The position numbers were made by a program, and so were the translations under genes. A stretch of 58,377 nt of DNA from NCBI GenBank assembly GCA_049517335.1, contig JBEKSD010000012.1, positions 1 to 58,377 on the forward strand, given 5' to 3'. Positions 18,011 through 27,920 of this stretch are shown here, piece after piece. The DNA comes from Candidatus Omnitrophota bacterium. Its GTDB lineage: Bacteria; Omnitrophota; Gorgyraeia; Gygaellales; Profunditerraquicolaceae. Below the pieces are notes generated by a model. The model was not told the origin of the DNA. It saw only the letters and a list, made by a program, of their open reading frames with translations, and did no database searches. The number at the start of each line of letters is the position of its first letter. The first letter of the stretch is position 1.

Positions 18011-19285
18011 ATGCCTTACACAATTGCAGAAAAAATTTTACTTGCCCATACGAATAAAAAAGATATTAAACCGGGCGAATTTATTGAAGCCAAAGTTGAT
18101 ATTGCTTTGGGTAATGATATAACCGCGCCTATTGCCATCGCTGAGTTTGAAAAAGCCGGCTTCACAAAAGTTTTTAACAGAAATAAAGTAGTCCTTGTCC
18201 CTGACCATTTTGCCCCTGCCAAAGATTTAAGGAGCGCTAACCAGTGTAAAATCCTGGCTGATTTTGCCAAAGAGCAGAAAATAAAAAATTATTTTGAAGT
18301 CGGATGCATGGGTATAGAGCACGCGCTATTGCCGGAAAAGGGGCTGGTCCTACCGGGTGAGTTGGTTATAGGAGCAGATTCGCATACCTGCACTTACGGC
18401 GCGTTGGGTTGTTATTCAACGGGTATTGGCTCAACGGATTTAGCCCGCGCTTATGCCGACGGAAAAATCTGGCTAAAAGTCCCGCATACAATCAAATTCA
18501 TTTACAAAGGTAAATTAAATAAATGGGTGGGGGGAAAGGATTTAATCCTGTTTACCATTGGCCGTATCGGGGTTGACGGCGCTTTATATAAGGTAATGGA
18601 ATTTAGCGGACCGGTAATACATAGTCTTCCCATGGATGACCGCTTTGCTATGTCTAATATGGCAATTGAAGCCGGCGGCAGGGCCGGGATCATTGAACCG
18701 GATGAGATTACCCGAAAATATATAAAGTCAGTAGGCCGCAGCCCGTGGCTCAAAACTCACAGTAACTTATTGAAGGATCTTAAATCCGACAGGGGTGCTA
18801 AATATGAAAAGATCTATGAGTGGGATATTTCTAAGTTAGAGCCGCAGGTAGCCTGTCCGCATTTGCCGAGCAATGTCAAGCCGGCAAGAGAATTGGGGGA
18901 TGTGAAGCTTGATCAGGTTGTTATCGGCTCCTGCACTAACGGAAGGATTTCGGACTTAAGGATTGCCGCCGGGATTCTTAAAGGCAAAAAAATAAAATTT
19001 GGTTTAAAATTGATAGTCATACCCGCAACGCAGAAGATTTATTTAGAGGCGGTTAAAGAAGGGTTGGCTGAAATATTCGTAGAAGCAGGCGGGGTATTTT
19101 CTACTCCCACTTGCGGTCCGTGCCTTGGCGGGCATATGGGCGTTCTGGCTGAAGGAGAAGTGGCGTTGGCAACTACAAACAGGAATTTTATAGGCAGGAT
19201 GGGCAGCCCTAAGTCGTTCGTTTACCTGTCTAGCCCGGCAGTTGCCGCTGCTTCAGTAATTACCGGTAGGATTACAGCACCTTAG
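18011..19285 (+). CDS. leuC: 3-isopropylmalate dehydratase large subunit (LeuC type 2)
   Basis: Motifs [22 protein letters not shown] and TTNRNF. Confidence 0.92.
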   Translation: MPYTIAEKILLAHTNKKDIKPGEFIEAKVDIALGNDITAPIAIAEFEKAGFTKVFNRNKVVLVPDHFAPAKDLRSANQCKILADFAKEQKIKNYFEVGCMGIEHALLPEKGLVLPGELVIGADSHTCTYGALGCYSTGIGSTDLARAYADGKIWLKVPHTIKFIYKGKLNKWVGGKDLILFTIGRIGVDGALYKVMEFSGPVIHSLPMDDRFAMSNMAIEAGGRAGIIEPDEITRKYIKSVGRSPWLKTHSNLLKDLKSDRGAKYEKIYEWDISKLEPQVACPHLPSNVKPARELGDVKLDQVVIGSCTNGRISDLRIAAGILKGKKIKFGLKLIVIPATQKIYLEAVKEGLAEIFVEAGGVFSTPTCGPCLGGHMGVLAEGEVALATTNRNFIGRMGSPKSFVYLSSPAVAAASVITGRITAP

Positions 19286-19290
19286 AAAAT

Positions 19291-19791
19291 ATGATTATTA
19301 AAGGTAAAGTCCATAAATTCAGCGATAATATAAACACCGACGATATTATTGCGGCAAAATACTTGGTTTCAACTAATACAGAAGAATTAGGGGTACATTG
19401 CATGGAAAGCTTAAGCCCTGATTTTATATCTAAAGTTAAACCCGGCGATATAATCATTGCGGGGGAGAATTTCGGCTGCGGTTCGTCAAGGGAACACGCG
19501 CCGCTTGCCATTAAAGGCTGCGGCGTTGGCGCTGTGTTGGCAAAGAGCTTTGCTGCGATATTTTACCGCAATGCCATAAATATCGGCTTGCCGTTTCTAG
19601 AGTTAACTGAGACTGATAAAATTAATGAAGGCGACGAAGTAGAAATAGATTTAAACAGCGGGATTATTAAGAATATTACACAAAACCAGGATTATAAAAC
19701 CGAGCCTTTCCCCCAATTCCTGCAGGATATTGTTAAAGACGGGGGATTGATGAATTATGTTAAGCGTAGGACGGGAGATAAACATGTATAA
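19291..19791 (+). CDS. leuD: 3-isopropylmalate dehydratase small subunit
   Basis: Motifs NINTDDII and NFGCGSSREHAP. Confidence 0.93.
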   Translation: MIIKGKVHKFSDNINTDDIIAAKYLVSTNTEELGVHCMESLSPDFISKVKPGDIIIAGENFGCGSSREHAPLAIKGCGVGAVLAKSFAAIFYRNAINIGLPFLELTETDKINEGDEVEIDLNSGIIKNITQNQDYKTEPFPQFLQDIVKDGGLMNYVKRRTGDKHV

Positions 19792-20833
19792 AATAGCGGT
19801 TATTGGCGGAGATGGTACCGGCCCCGAAGTTGTGCGTGAAGGCCTGAAGGTAATGCAGGCGGCAGCTAAGAAATTTGGGTTTAAATACGAAGCAAAAGAT
19901 TTTGATTTTTCAGGGCAGAGGTATTTAAAGACCGGCAAGCTTGTAGATGATAGCGATATTAAAGAATTGAAAAAATATAACGCGATTTATCTGGGGGCAG
20001 TGGGTGATCCGAACGTAAAGCCGGGCATAATTGAGACGGGAGTATTGCTTAAATTGAGGTTTGCCCTTGATCAGTATATCAACCTTCGCCCGGTCAAGCT
20101 TTACAGCGCCGCGTTTTGCCCTTTAAAAGACAAGAAACCGGAGGATATTGATTTTGTGGTGGTGCGTGAGAATTCCGAAGGCCTGTATAAAGGTATGGGG
20201 GAGTTCCGGAAAAAAGGCACTAAAGAGGAAGTAGCCATACAGATTTCTTATAATACGCGCCATGGCGTTGAAAGGTGCCTGCGGTATGCTTTTGAATATA
20301 CACGTAAACGTAATAGGAAAAAAAAGCTCACACTTTGTGGTAAAACAAATGTCCTGACCTTTGCTTGGGATTTGTGGGAGAGGACATTCAAGGAGTTGGC
20401 AAAAGAATATTCGGATATTGCGACTGATTACGCGCACGTAGATGCGACGACAATGTGGTTTGTGAAGAATCCCGAATGGTTTGACGTGATTGTCACCGAC
20501 AATATGTTCGGCGATATTATTACTGATTTAGGCGCAATGATTCAGGGCGGTATGGGTATTGCAGCTGGAGGCAACATTAATCCGACAGGCGTATCCATGT
20601 TTGAGCCTATTGGCGGAAGCGCGCCGAAATATACCGGGTTAAACGTGATTAACCCGCTGGCGGCGATTTGTGCCGTATCCATGATGCTGGAAAATTTAGG
20701 CGAAGAAAAAGCTGCCAAGGCAATAGAGGATGCGCTAATCAGGGTGGCAAATAATAAATTAAAATCTCTGGCTGCGGGTAAGATGGGGTATTCTACGGTT
20801 GAAGTCGGAGATTTGGTTGCGGAGAGCTTATGA
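19784..20833 (+). CDS. leuB: 3-isopropylmalate dehydrogenase
   Basis: Motifs [19 protein letters not shown] and NMFGDIITD. Follows leuCD; GGAG precedes ATG 19784. Confidence 0.9.
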   Translation: MYKIAVIGGDGTGPEVVREGLKVMQAAAKKFGFKYEAKDFDFSGQRYLKTGKLVDDSDIKELKKYNAIYLGAVGDPNVKPGIIETGVLLKLRFALDQYINLRPVKLYSAAFCPLKDKKPEDIDFVVVRENSEGLYKGMGEFRKKGTKEEVAIQISYNTRHGVERCLRYAFEYTRKRNRKKKLTLCGKTNVLTFAWDLWERTFKELAKEYSDIATDYAHVDATTMWFVKNPEWFDVIVTDNMFGDIITDLGAMIQGGMGIAAGGNINPTGVSMFEPIGGSAPKYTGLNVINPLAAICAVSMMLENLGEEKAAKAIEDALIRVANNKLKSLAAGKMGYSTVEVGDLVAESL

Positions 20834-21855
20834 AAAAATATAACGTTGCAGTAGTCGGGGTGGGTGTAGTCGGTATAGAGATGCTCAGGGTTTTGCGCCA
20901 GCGTAAATTCCCGGTTAATGAAGTCCGAGTATTTGCCCGTTCTAGCCGTGAAATAGATGTAGACGGAGAAAAATATTCGGTTCAGGTAATTACTCCCGAT
21001 GGATTTAAGGGAATAGATATCGCGTTGTTTGCCGGTACTGAAGGGGAGAAGGGCGCGGCAGTAACCTATGCGCAGGAAGCAGTGAAGAGGGGCGCGGTGG
21101 TAATTGACAACGGTGCTGATTTTCGTATGGATCCAAAAGTGCCTTTGGTTATCCCCGAAGTAAACGCAAAAGATGTTTTAAGGCACAAAGGCATCATCGC
21201 GAATCCTAATTGCTCTACGATACAAATGGTAGTAGCATTAAATCCTATTCATAAAAAGGTTAGGATTAAAAGAATAATTGTGACGACTCTACAGGCTTCT
21301 TCCGGCGCAGGGAAAGGCGCGGTTGAGCAATTAAAAGAAGAGGCCGTAAAGATTTCCGCAGGCGGGTTCGAAAAGTTGAATGTGGAAGCTGAAAATAAAT
21401 CCATGCCCCAGCAGCTTGCTTTCAATGTATTCCCGCATATCGGCTCATTTGTTGAATGCGATTATACCAATGAAGAATGGAAGTTGGTTAATGAGACCCA
21501 TAAAATAATGCACGATGAAAAGATTAAGATTTCAGCGACTACAGTCAGGGTACCGGTAAGGACAGGCCACTCCGAATCGGTTTATATTGAAACAGAAAAG
21601 AATATCACGCCGGAACAAGTCCGGGATATTTTAAGGAAGGCTCCGGGCGTAATTGTGATGGATGAGCCGAAAAAGAACATTTATCCTATGCCGAAGGACG
21701 TTGAGGGCAGGGATGAGACTTTTGTCGGCAGGATACGGCAGGATTGCTTTGTAAAGAATGGTTTATGGCTTTGGGTGGTTGCAGATAACCTACGCAAGGG
21801 CGCTGCTACAAATGCCGTTCAGATTGCAGAATGCGTAATCTCAAACTTGAAGTAG
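20830..21855 (+). CDS. asd: Aspartate-semialdehyde dehydrogenase
   Basis: Motifs IANPNCSTIQ, VRVPVRTGHSE and DNLRKGAATNAVQI. Confidence 0.95.
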   Translation: MKKYNVAVVGVGVVGIEMLRVLRQRKFPVNEVRVFARSSREIDVDGEKYSVQVITPDGFKGIDIALFAGTEGEKGAAVTYAQEAVKRGAVVIDNGADFRMDPKVPLVIPEVNAKDVLRHKGIIANPNCSTIQMVVALNPIHKKVRIKRIIVTTLQASSGAGKGAVEQLKEEAVKISAGGFEKLNVEAENKSMPQQLAFNVFPHIGSFVECDYTNEEWKLVNETHKIMHDEKIKISATTVRVPVRTGHSESVYIETEKNITPEQVRDILRKAPGVIVMDEPKKNIYPMPKDVEGRDETFVGRIRQDCFVKNGLWLWVVADNLRKGAATNAVQIAECVISNLK

Positions 21856-22577
21856 AGTATGACGGGACGAATTACTGCGGTTGGCAGGTTCAGGGCAGGG
21901 CGAACGGTAGCAAGAAGAGCATCCAGGAAGTCCTAGAGAAGAAACTCCGCAAGATACTTCAGGAAGAAGTTCACACCATAGTCGCAGGCAGGACTGACGC
22001 TGGGGTTCATGCGTTGGCGCAGGTTGCGAATTTTAAAACCCGTTCAAAAATTCCCTGCGTTAGATTGTTAGGAGCCTTAAACGCGCTTTCGCCCAAGGAT
22101 ATTTCAATAAGCAAGATAGAAGAGGTAGGTGCGGATTTTAACGCGCGGTTCAGCGCTAAATCCAAGATTTACCGCTATACGATATTAAACAGGGTTTATC
22201 CTTCAGCTCTTTTGCATAATAAGGTATATTTTTGTTCTTATCCGCTCAATCTTTCTCTTATGCGCAGTGAAGCAAGGCTGCTGCTGGGTAAGCATAATTT
22301 TAAGTCTTTTCAAGCATCGGATTATCGCGAGAGGAACCCGGTTAAGACTATAAAGAGTTTAAAAATAACCAAAAATAACGATTTAATCCATATTGACATT
22401 GAAGCTAACAGCTTCCTGTATAATATGGTCAGGAATATCGCAGGTACGCTCGTTGAAATAGGCAGGGGAAAGTTTGGTAAGGGCAGTATGAAGAAAATCT
22501 TGCTGGCAGAGAACAGGAAGTTTGCCGGTAAAACCCTCTCTGCTTGCGGCCTGTGCTTACTAAAGGTGAAATATTAG
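21831..22577 (+). CDS. truA: tRNA pseudouridine(38-40) synthase
   Basis: Motifs YDGTNYCGWQ, AGRTDAGVHA and FLYNMVR. Confidence 0.95.
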   Translation: MRNLKLEVEYDGTNYCGWQVQGRANGSKKSIQEVLEKKLRKILQEEVHTIVAGRTDAGVHALAQVANFKTRSKIPCVRLLGALNALSPKDISISKIEEVGADFNARFSAKSKIYRYTILNRVYPSALLHNKVYFCSYPLNLSLMRSEARLLLGKHNFKSFQASDYRERNPVKTIKSLKITKNNDLIHIDIEANSFLYNMVRNIAGTLVEIGRGKFGKGSMKKILLAENRKFAGKTLSACGLCLLKVKY

Positions 22578-22596
22578 AGATACTGCTTCGTAACAA

Positions 22597-22626
22597 GTGT
22601 CAAATTATCTCTGGATAATTTGACAC
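22597..22626. repeat. Perfect 13-bp inverted repeat between truA and rplM
   Basis: GTGTCAAATTATC-TCTG-GATAATTTGACAC, with no U-tract. Confidence 0.7.
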
Positions 22627-22640
22627 ATTAAAGAATCTAT

Positions 22641-22668
22641 TTGACTTAAAAGGAAATTATGTTATACT
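22641..22668 (+). promoter_or_regulatory. rplM promoter, predicting a near-leaderless mRNA
   Basis: TTGACT, 16 bp, (TG)TATACT. The ATG starts 10 nt after the -10 and has no SD. Confidence 0.65.
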
Positions 22669-22677
22669 TCTATTTCT

Positions 22678-23109
22678 ATGACAAAAACGCATGTTACGAA
22701 AAAAGCCGATATTAAGAGGCAATGGTATATAGTTGATGCCAAGGGTAAGATATTGGGCCGGATGGCTGCAAAAGTAGCCGCTGTCCTAAGGGGTAAACAT
22801 AAACCCATATTTACTCCCAGCCTTGATACGGGTGACGGGGTTATTGTCATCAACGCGGCCCAAGTGAAAGTTACCGGCAGGAAGCCTGCGCAGAAAATTT
22901 ACCGCCGTTATTCAGGCTATCCGGGCGGTTTAAAAGAGGTTACTTACGAAAATATGCTTAAGAATAATCCGGCTACCGTAATCAGACTTGCAGTGCAGAG
23001 GATGCTTCCCGGAGGTCCTTTAGGTCGGGATACCATCAAGAAGTTAAAAGTCTATGTTGACGATAAGCATAACCATAATTCACAGAATCCCAAAGTGTTG
23101 GAGGTTTAA
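22678..23109 (+). CDS. rplM: 50S ribosomal protein L13
   Basis: Motifs WYIVDA...LGR, LRGKHKPIFTP and YSGYPGGLK. Confidence 0.97.
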   Translation: MTKTHVTKKADIKRQWYIVDAKGKILGRMAAKVAAVLRGKHKPIFTPSLDTGDGVIVINAAQVKVTGRKPAQKIYRRYSGYPGGLKEVTYENMLKNNPATVIRLAVQRMLPGGPLGRDTIKKLKVYVDDKHNHNSQNPKVLEV

Positions 23110-23119
23110 TTAAGAAGAT

Positions 23120-23515
23120 ATGGAATCAATAGTTAGATATGCGGCAGTAGGTAGGCGTAAAGAATCAGTTGCCCGCGTGCAACTTATCCCGGGTACAGGC
23201 TTAATTGTGGCAAACGGGAAACCGTACGACAAGTATTTTCTACGTGAAACCGACAGGATAATTATCGCGCAACCTTTAGCCGTAACCAACAATATCTCAA
23301 AATATGATGTCCGCGCTAATTTAAGCGGGGGCGGGCTTACAGGACAGGCAGGGGCGTTGAGGCTAGGTATTGCCCGGGCTTTGATTGCTGCGGATCCCGA
23401 GATTAAGGATTTACTGCGTAAAAATGGTTTTTTAACCCGGGACCCGCGTGCCAAGGAACGGAAGAAATACGGCTTAAAGGGCGCACGCAAGCGATTCCAG
23501 TGGACTAAGAGGTAG
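23120..23515 (+). CDS. rpsI: 30S ribosomal protein S9
   Basis: Motifs GRRKESVARV, GGGLTGQAGA and RDPRAKERKKYG. Confidence 0.97.
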   Translation: MESIVRYAAVGRRKESVARVQLIPGTGLIVANGKPYDKYFLRETDRIIIAQPLAVTNNISKYDVRANLSGGGLTGQAGALRLGIARALIAADPEIKDLLRKNGFLTRDPRAKERKKYGLKGARKRFQWTKR

Positions 23516-23573
23516 TATATAGATTATGGTAAATAGCAAATAACAAATAGTTTATAGATAAGAAATACAAAAT

Positions 23574-23600
23574 CCCGCTGGAAAAAAGCGGGTTTTTTTT
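23574..23600 (+). terminator. Terminator after rpsI
   Basis: CCCGCT-loop-AGCGGG followed by T8. Confidence 0.8.
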
Positions 23601-23625
23601 AAGTTATAGTCCGACGAGAAAATTC

Positions 23626-23654
23626 TTGACGCCCGACGATTTTTAATTTAATAT
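23626..23654 (+). promoter_or_regulatory. Promoter of the arg/lys operon
   Basis: TTGACG, 17 bp, TAATAT. CCGACGA direct repeats flank the -35. Confidence 0.5.
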
Positions 23655-23700
23655 GAGGTATTAATTTAGACCTGCTGCAAATCAGGCTAAGGAGAAAAGA

Positions 23701-24714
23701 ATGGCGATAGATGTAGGTATAGTTGGGGCAACCGGGCACACAGGCGAAGAGCTAATCGGTATCCTGTTAAAGCATCCTTATGTGCGCATTGCCAAGCTCT
23801 ATAATACAAGTGTGGAGCCGCAGGTTATTTCCGATGTTTTCCCGAAGTTTAGGGGCAGGCTTGATTTGCCCGTGAAGCAACTTAATATAAAAGAAGCTAT
23901 TCTGAATTGCGACCTGATTTTTTTAGCGCTCCCTCATACGGTCTCAATGACTATTACTTCCAAACTGCTTAAGGCAGGGATGAGGGTAATAGACTTAAGC
24001 GCTGATTACAGGCTTACGGACGTAAAAATTTATGAGAAATTTTATAAGGCCAAACATCAGGATAAAACGAATTTAAAATATGCGGTTTACGGCTTGCCTG
24101 AACTTTACAGGGCCAAAATCAGGGATGCTTCGCTTGTGGCTAATCCGGGTTGTTACCCGACGGCGGCAATCTTGTCTTTAGCCCCGCTGGCCGCCTTTAA
24201 TTTAATTGAGCCCGACTCCATAATCATTGACGCCAAATCAGGAGTTTCTGGAGCAGGCAAGAGGCTGGAGAAGAGCCTGCTTTTTTCGGAAGTCTACGAA
24301 GATTTTAAAACTTACAAAGTCAATGCGCATCAGCATATACCGGAAATAAATCAGGTATTGTCAAGGCTGTCGGGTAAGAGGATAAACATAACTTTTGTCC
24401 CGCACCTGCTTCCTTTGGACAGGGGTATTTTAGAAACTATTTATGTCAGAAAAATTAAGAAGATTCAGGATATACTGGGTCTTTACAGGAAGTTTTACAA
24501 GAAAGAGCCTTTTGTAAGGATTAAAAAAGAAGGGGAATTCCCGAGGATAAAAGATGTCGCGGGAACGAATTTCTGCGATATCGGCATTAAAGACGACGGC
24601 AATAACCTGGTAATCGTATCCGCCATAGATAACCTTATCAAAGGGGCTTCGGGCGAAGCGGTGCAGAATATGAATATTATGTTTAAATTTCCGGAGAGCG
24701 CGGCATTACTATGA
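23701..24714 (+). CDS. argC: N-acetyl-gamma-glutamyl-phosphate reductase
   Basis: Motifs DLSADYRL, ANPGCYPT, SGVSGAG and DNLIKGASG. Confidence 0.95.
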   Translation: MAIDVGIVGATGHTGEELIGILLKHPYVRIAKLYNTSVEPQVISDVFPKFRGRLDLPVKQLNIKEAILNCDLIFLALPHTVSMTITSKLLKAGMRVIDLSADYRLTDVKIYEKFYKAKHQDKTNLKYAVYGLPELYRAKIRDASLVANPGCYPTAAILSLAPLAAFNLIEPDSIIIDAKSGVSGAGKRLEKSLLFSEVYEDFKTYKVNAHQHIPEINQVLSRLSGKRINITFVPHLLPLDRGILETIYVRKIKKIQDILGLYRKFYKKEPFVRIKKEGEFPRIKDVAGTNFCDIGIKDDGNNLVIVSAIDNLIKGASGEAVQNMNIMFKFPESAALL

Positions 24715-25847
24715 TTATTCTGAAAAAAGCAGTGCTACCCCGGGGTTTCAAAGCTAACGGTATTGCCTGTGGTTTAAAGAAAGCAGGAAAGCTTGATTTA
24801 GCACTTTTCTATTCTTCTATACCGGCCAATGCCGCCTGTGTATTTACCACGAATAAGGTCATCGCAGCCCCCTTAAAATTGAATAAGAGATACCTGAAAA
24901 ATAATTCTAAATTTCAGGCTATTTTGGTAAACAGCGCTAATGCGAACTGCCTGACAGGGAAAGTTGGACTAAGGGATGCGCAGGAGTCGGCTAAAAGCGT
25001 ATCTTACGCTTTGAAAATAAAAGAAGAGAGCGTTTTGGTTAATTCAACCGGGATAATCGGCAGGCGGCTTGATATCGCAAAAATCAAGGATGCAATCTCC
25101 GGGCTGGTCAGCGGTTTATCGCTTAAAGGGCTGGCGCAGGCTGAAAAAGCCATAATGACCACGGATAAATTTGTAAAAGAAGCGGCTGTTAAATTTGACA
25201 TTAGAGGTAAAAGTGTTACTGTTTGCGCTGTAGCTAAGGGGGCGGGGATGATTTCTCCCAAGATGGCCACCCTGCTTTGTTTTATTATGACAGATGCCAA
25301 TATACCTTCAGTCATACTTAAGAAGGCGCTTAAAGAGAGCGTAGATAAATCTTTTAATTGTATTACGGTGGACGGATGTATGAGCACGAACGATTCTGTC
25401 ATGGCTTTGGCAAACGGGGAAGCGGGAAACAAATTAATTAAAGGCGGAAATGACTATGTTAATTTTGTTAAAGTCCTTAGTTATGTGTGCCTTGAGCTGG
25501 CGAAGGCAGTGGTTAGGGATGGAGAGGGCGCTACCAAATTTATTGAGATTACCGTAGATAAGGCTAAAAACGCGAGGGATGCAAAAACAGCTGCTCTTGC
25601 GATTGCGAATTCAAACCTTTTTAAAACCGCTGTTTACGGTAAGAACCCTAATTTCGGCAGGATTTTTGCGGCAGTCGGTTCCTGCGGTATAGACGTTGAT
25701 GAGGGTTTGTTGAAATGCAGGGTAAGTTCCCTGAAGAAGAAAGACATTAAGGTTTACGTTGAAATAAATAAAGGTGTGGGAAGGGCGGTTGTCTATACAT
25801 CCGACTTAACCCCGGAATACATTAAAATTAACGCGGAGTATAACTAA
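24711..25847 (+). CDS. argJ: Ornithine acetyltransferase ArgJ
   Basis: Motifs MTTD, KGAGMISPKMATLL, STND and DGEGATK. Confidence 0.95.
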   Translation: MIILKKAVLPRGFKANGIACGLKKAGKLDLALFYSSIPANAACVFTTNKVIAAPLKLNKRYLKNNSKFQAILVNSANANCLTGKVGLRDAQESAKSVSYALKIKEESVLVNSTGIIGRRLDIAKIKDAISGLVSGLSLKGLAQAEKAIMTTDKFVKEAAVKFDIRGKSVTVCAVAKGAGMISPKMATLLCFIMTDANIPSVILKKALKESVDKSFNCITVDGCMSTNDSVMALANGEAGNKLIKGGNDYVNFVKVLSYVCLELAKAVVRDGEGATKFIEITVDKAKNARDAKTAALAIANSNLFKTAVYGKNPNFGRIFAAVGSCGIDVDEGLLKCRVSSLKKKDIKVYVEINKGVGRAVVYTSDLTPEYIKINAEYN

Positions 25848-25884
25848 TTAGCGCATCAAGCGTTCGTTAAGAAAAGGATTGATA

Positions 25885-26739
25885 ATGGAAGAAGCGATCA
25901 GGAAAGCGGATGTACTTATAGAGGCGCTGCCGTATATTAAGAAGTTCCACAATAAAATAATCGTAATTAAATACGGCGGGAGCATTCTGGGTGAAGAAAA
26001 AATACGCAAGGGCGTTCTGGAAGACATAGTTTTTTTAAGTTTTATGGGGCTTAAGCCGGTACTGGTCCACGGCGGAGGGCCCAATATCAGCGACAGACTT
26101 CGTCAGTCGGGAGTAAAGACGGAGTTTATTGACGGCATGCGCGTTACCGATGAAAGCACCCTGAAAGTCGTTGAAGAAGAACTGCAGGAGTTAAACGATA
26201 TAATTGTCAGGGAAATTAATGAGCTGGGCGGTAAGGCCGCGGGATTAAACGGCAAAAACGGGATAATTTACGCCGGGAAAAAGAAAGCTAAGGTTGACCT
26301 CGGCCTGGTGGGCCATATAACGGAGGTTAATGCTCAGGACATTTTAGATGAATTGAGAAAGAATAAAATTGCGGTCCTGCTGCCTATGGGCATAGGCAGG
26401 GACAATGTGATTTATAATGTAAACGCTGATGAGACTGCTTCTAGTATCGCTTCGGCGATAGAAGCGGAAAAACTCGTGCTGCTTACGAATGTTTTGGGGA
26501 TAATGCGCAGGGCGGACGATAAGAATTCATTCCTTTCAACATTGACGGAGGAAGAAGCAAAGAAGTTAATTGATGAGAATGTAATCCAGCAGGGGATGAT
26601 CCCTAAAGTTACGGCTTGTTTTAACGCATTGGATAAGGGAGTTAAAAAGACGCACATAATTGACGCGCGCATCCCCCATGCGCTTTTATTGGAAATTTTC
26701 ACGGATCAAGGGGTAGGAACAGAGATAATTAAATTTTAA
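25885..26739 (+). CDS. argB: Acetylglutamate kinase
   Basis: Motifs VIKYGG, VHGGGP, NVNAD and GMIPKV. Confidence 0.95.
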   Translation: MEEAIRKADVLIEALPYIKKFHNKIIVIKYGGSILGEEKIRKGVLEDIVFLSFMGLKPVLVHGGGPNISDRLRQSGVKTEFIDGMRVTDESTLKVVEEELQELNDIIVREINELGGKAAGLNGKNGIIYAGKKKAKVDLGLVGHITEVNAQDILDELRKNKIAVLLPMGIGRDNVIYNVNADETASSIASAIEAEKLVLLTNVLGIMRRADDKNSFLSTLTEEEAKKLIDENVIQQGMIPKVTACFNALDKGVKKTHIIDARIPHALLLEIFTDQGVGTEIIKF

Positions 26740-26742
26740 AAG

Positions 26743-27918
26743 ATGAAGCTTGAAGAGATATTTAATAGTTATAAAGAAAATATTATGCCCACTTACACCA
26801 AGTTCCCTCTGGTGTTTGTTAAAGGTAAAGGTTCTCGGCTTTGGGATATTCACGGTAAGGCGTATCTGGATTTTTTCCCGGGCTGGGGGGTAGGAAATCT
26901 GGGGCATTGCCATCCCAAGGTAATGGCTGCAGTCAGGGATCAGGTGGCAAAATTGATTTTTATCCCTAACAACTATTACCATATCCCGCAGGCAAAACTT
27001 GCCAAGGAACTGGTTTATTGGACTTACCCGGCAAAGGTTTTTTTCTGTAACTCCGGAGCAGAAGCAACGGAAGGCGCGATAAAATTCGCACGTAAGTATG
27101 GCAGGGGTAAGTATGAGATAATCACTTTTGAAAATTCCTTTCATGGCAGGACCCTCGCAGCACTCGCTGCCACGGGTCAAAAAAAATATCAGGAGGGCTT
27201 TGCGCCCCTGCCGGAAGGTTTTAAGCAGGTCAAGTTTAATGATTTGGAAGCCGTAAAAAAAGCGGTAAGCGATAAAACAATCGCAGTAATGCTTGAGCTG
27301 GTGCAGGGCGAGGGAGGAGTAAATGTCGCGGAGAAAGATTTTGTCATCGGGCTTAAGAAGCTCTGCGAGGAGAAGAATCTTCTCTTAATCGTTGATGAAG
27401 TCCAGACCGGGTTAGGCAGGACAGGAAAGTTATTCGCTTACCAGCATTACGGTATTACTCCCGATGTAGTGACTCTGGCTAAGGCCTTAGGCGGCGGCCT
27501 GCCTATTGGAGCAATGGTAGTTAAGAAAAATATCGCTGATACCTTACAGCCCGGCATGCATGCTTCTACTTTTGGCGGCGGGCCGGTGATTTGCAAAGCA
27601 GCGCTTGCGGTATTGCATGCGATACAGAAAGAAAAACTATTAGCTAAGGCGCAGAAATTAGGAACTTATCTTTTTGAAAAAATGAACGCTTTAAAAACCA
27701 GATATCCGACCATAAAAGAAGTCAGGGGCGTTGGCCTTATGTGCGGTTTGGAGTTGAACGTGCCGGGTAAGCCCATAGTTGAGAAAGCCATAGAAAAAGG
27801 GCTCTTGATTAATTGCACCCACGATACGGTCTTAAGGTTAATGCCGGCTTTAAATATCACGAAAAAAGAGATAGATACGGCAGCCGGGATATTAGATGAG
27901 CTTTTGAAAGGGCTGTAA
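26743..27918 (+). CDS. argD: Acetylornithine aminotransferase
   Basis: Motifs NSGAEA, SFHGRT, DEVQTG and AKALGGG, in arg operon context. Confidence 0.92.
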   Translation: MKLEEIFNSYKENIMPTYTKFPLVFVKGKGSRLWDIHGKAYLDFFPGWGVGNLGHCHPKVMAAVRDQVAKLIFIPNNYYHIPQAKLAKELVYWTYPAKVFFCNSGAEATEGAIKFARKYGRGKYEIITFENSFHGRTLAALAATGQKKYQEGFAPLPEGFKQVKFNDLEAVKKAVSDKTIAVMLELVQGEGGVNVAEKDFVIGLKKLCEEKNLLLIVDEVQTGLGRTGKLFAYQHYGITPDVVTLAKALGGGLPIGAMVVKKNIADTLQPGMHASTFGGGPVICKAALAVLHAIQKEKLLAKAQKLGTYLFEKMNALKTRYPTIKEVRGVGLMCGLELNVPGKPIVEKAIEKGLLINCTHDTVLRLMPALNITKKEIDTAAGILDELLKGL

Positions 27919-27920
27919 AA

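Noticed and set aside
23531-23550. AAATAGC/AAATAAC/AAATAG heptamer run after rpsI
   Set aside because: Only about three degenerate units in AT-rich DNA, too weak to call a repeat element.
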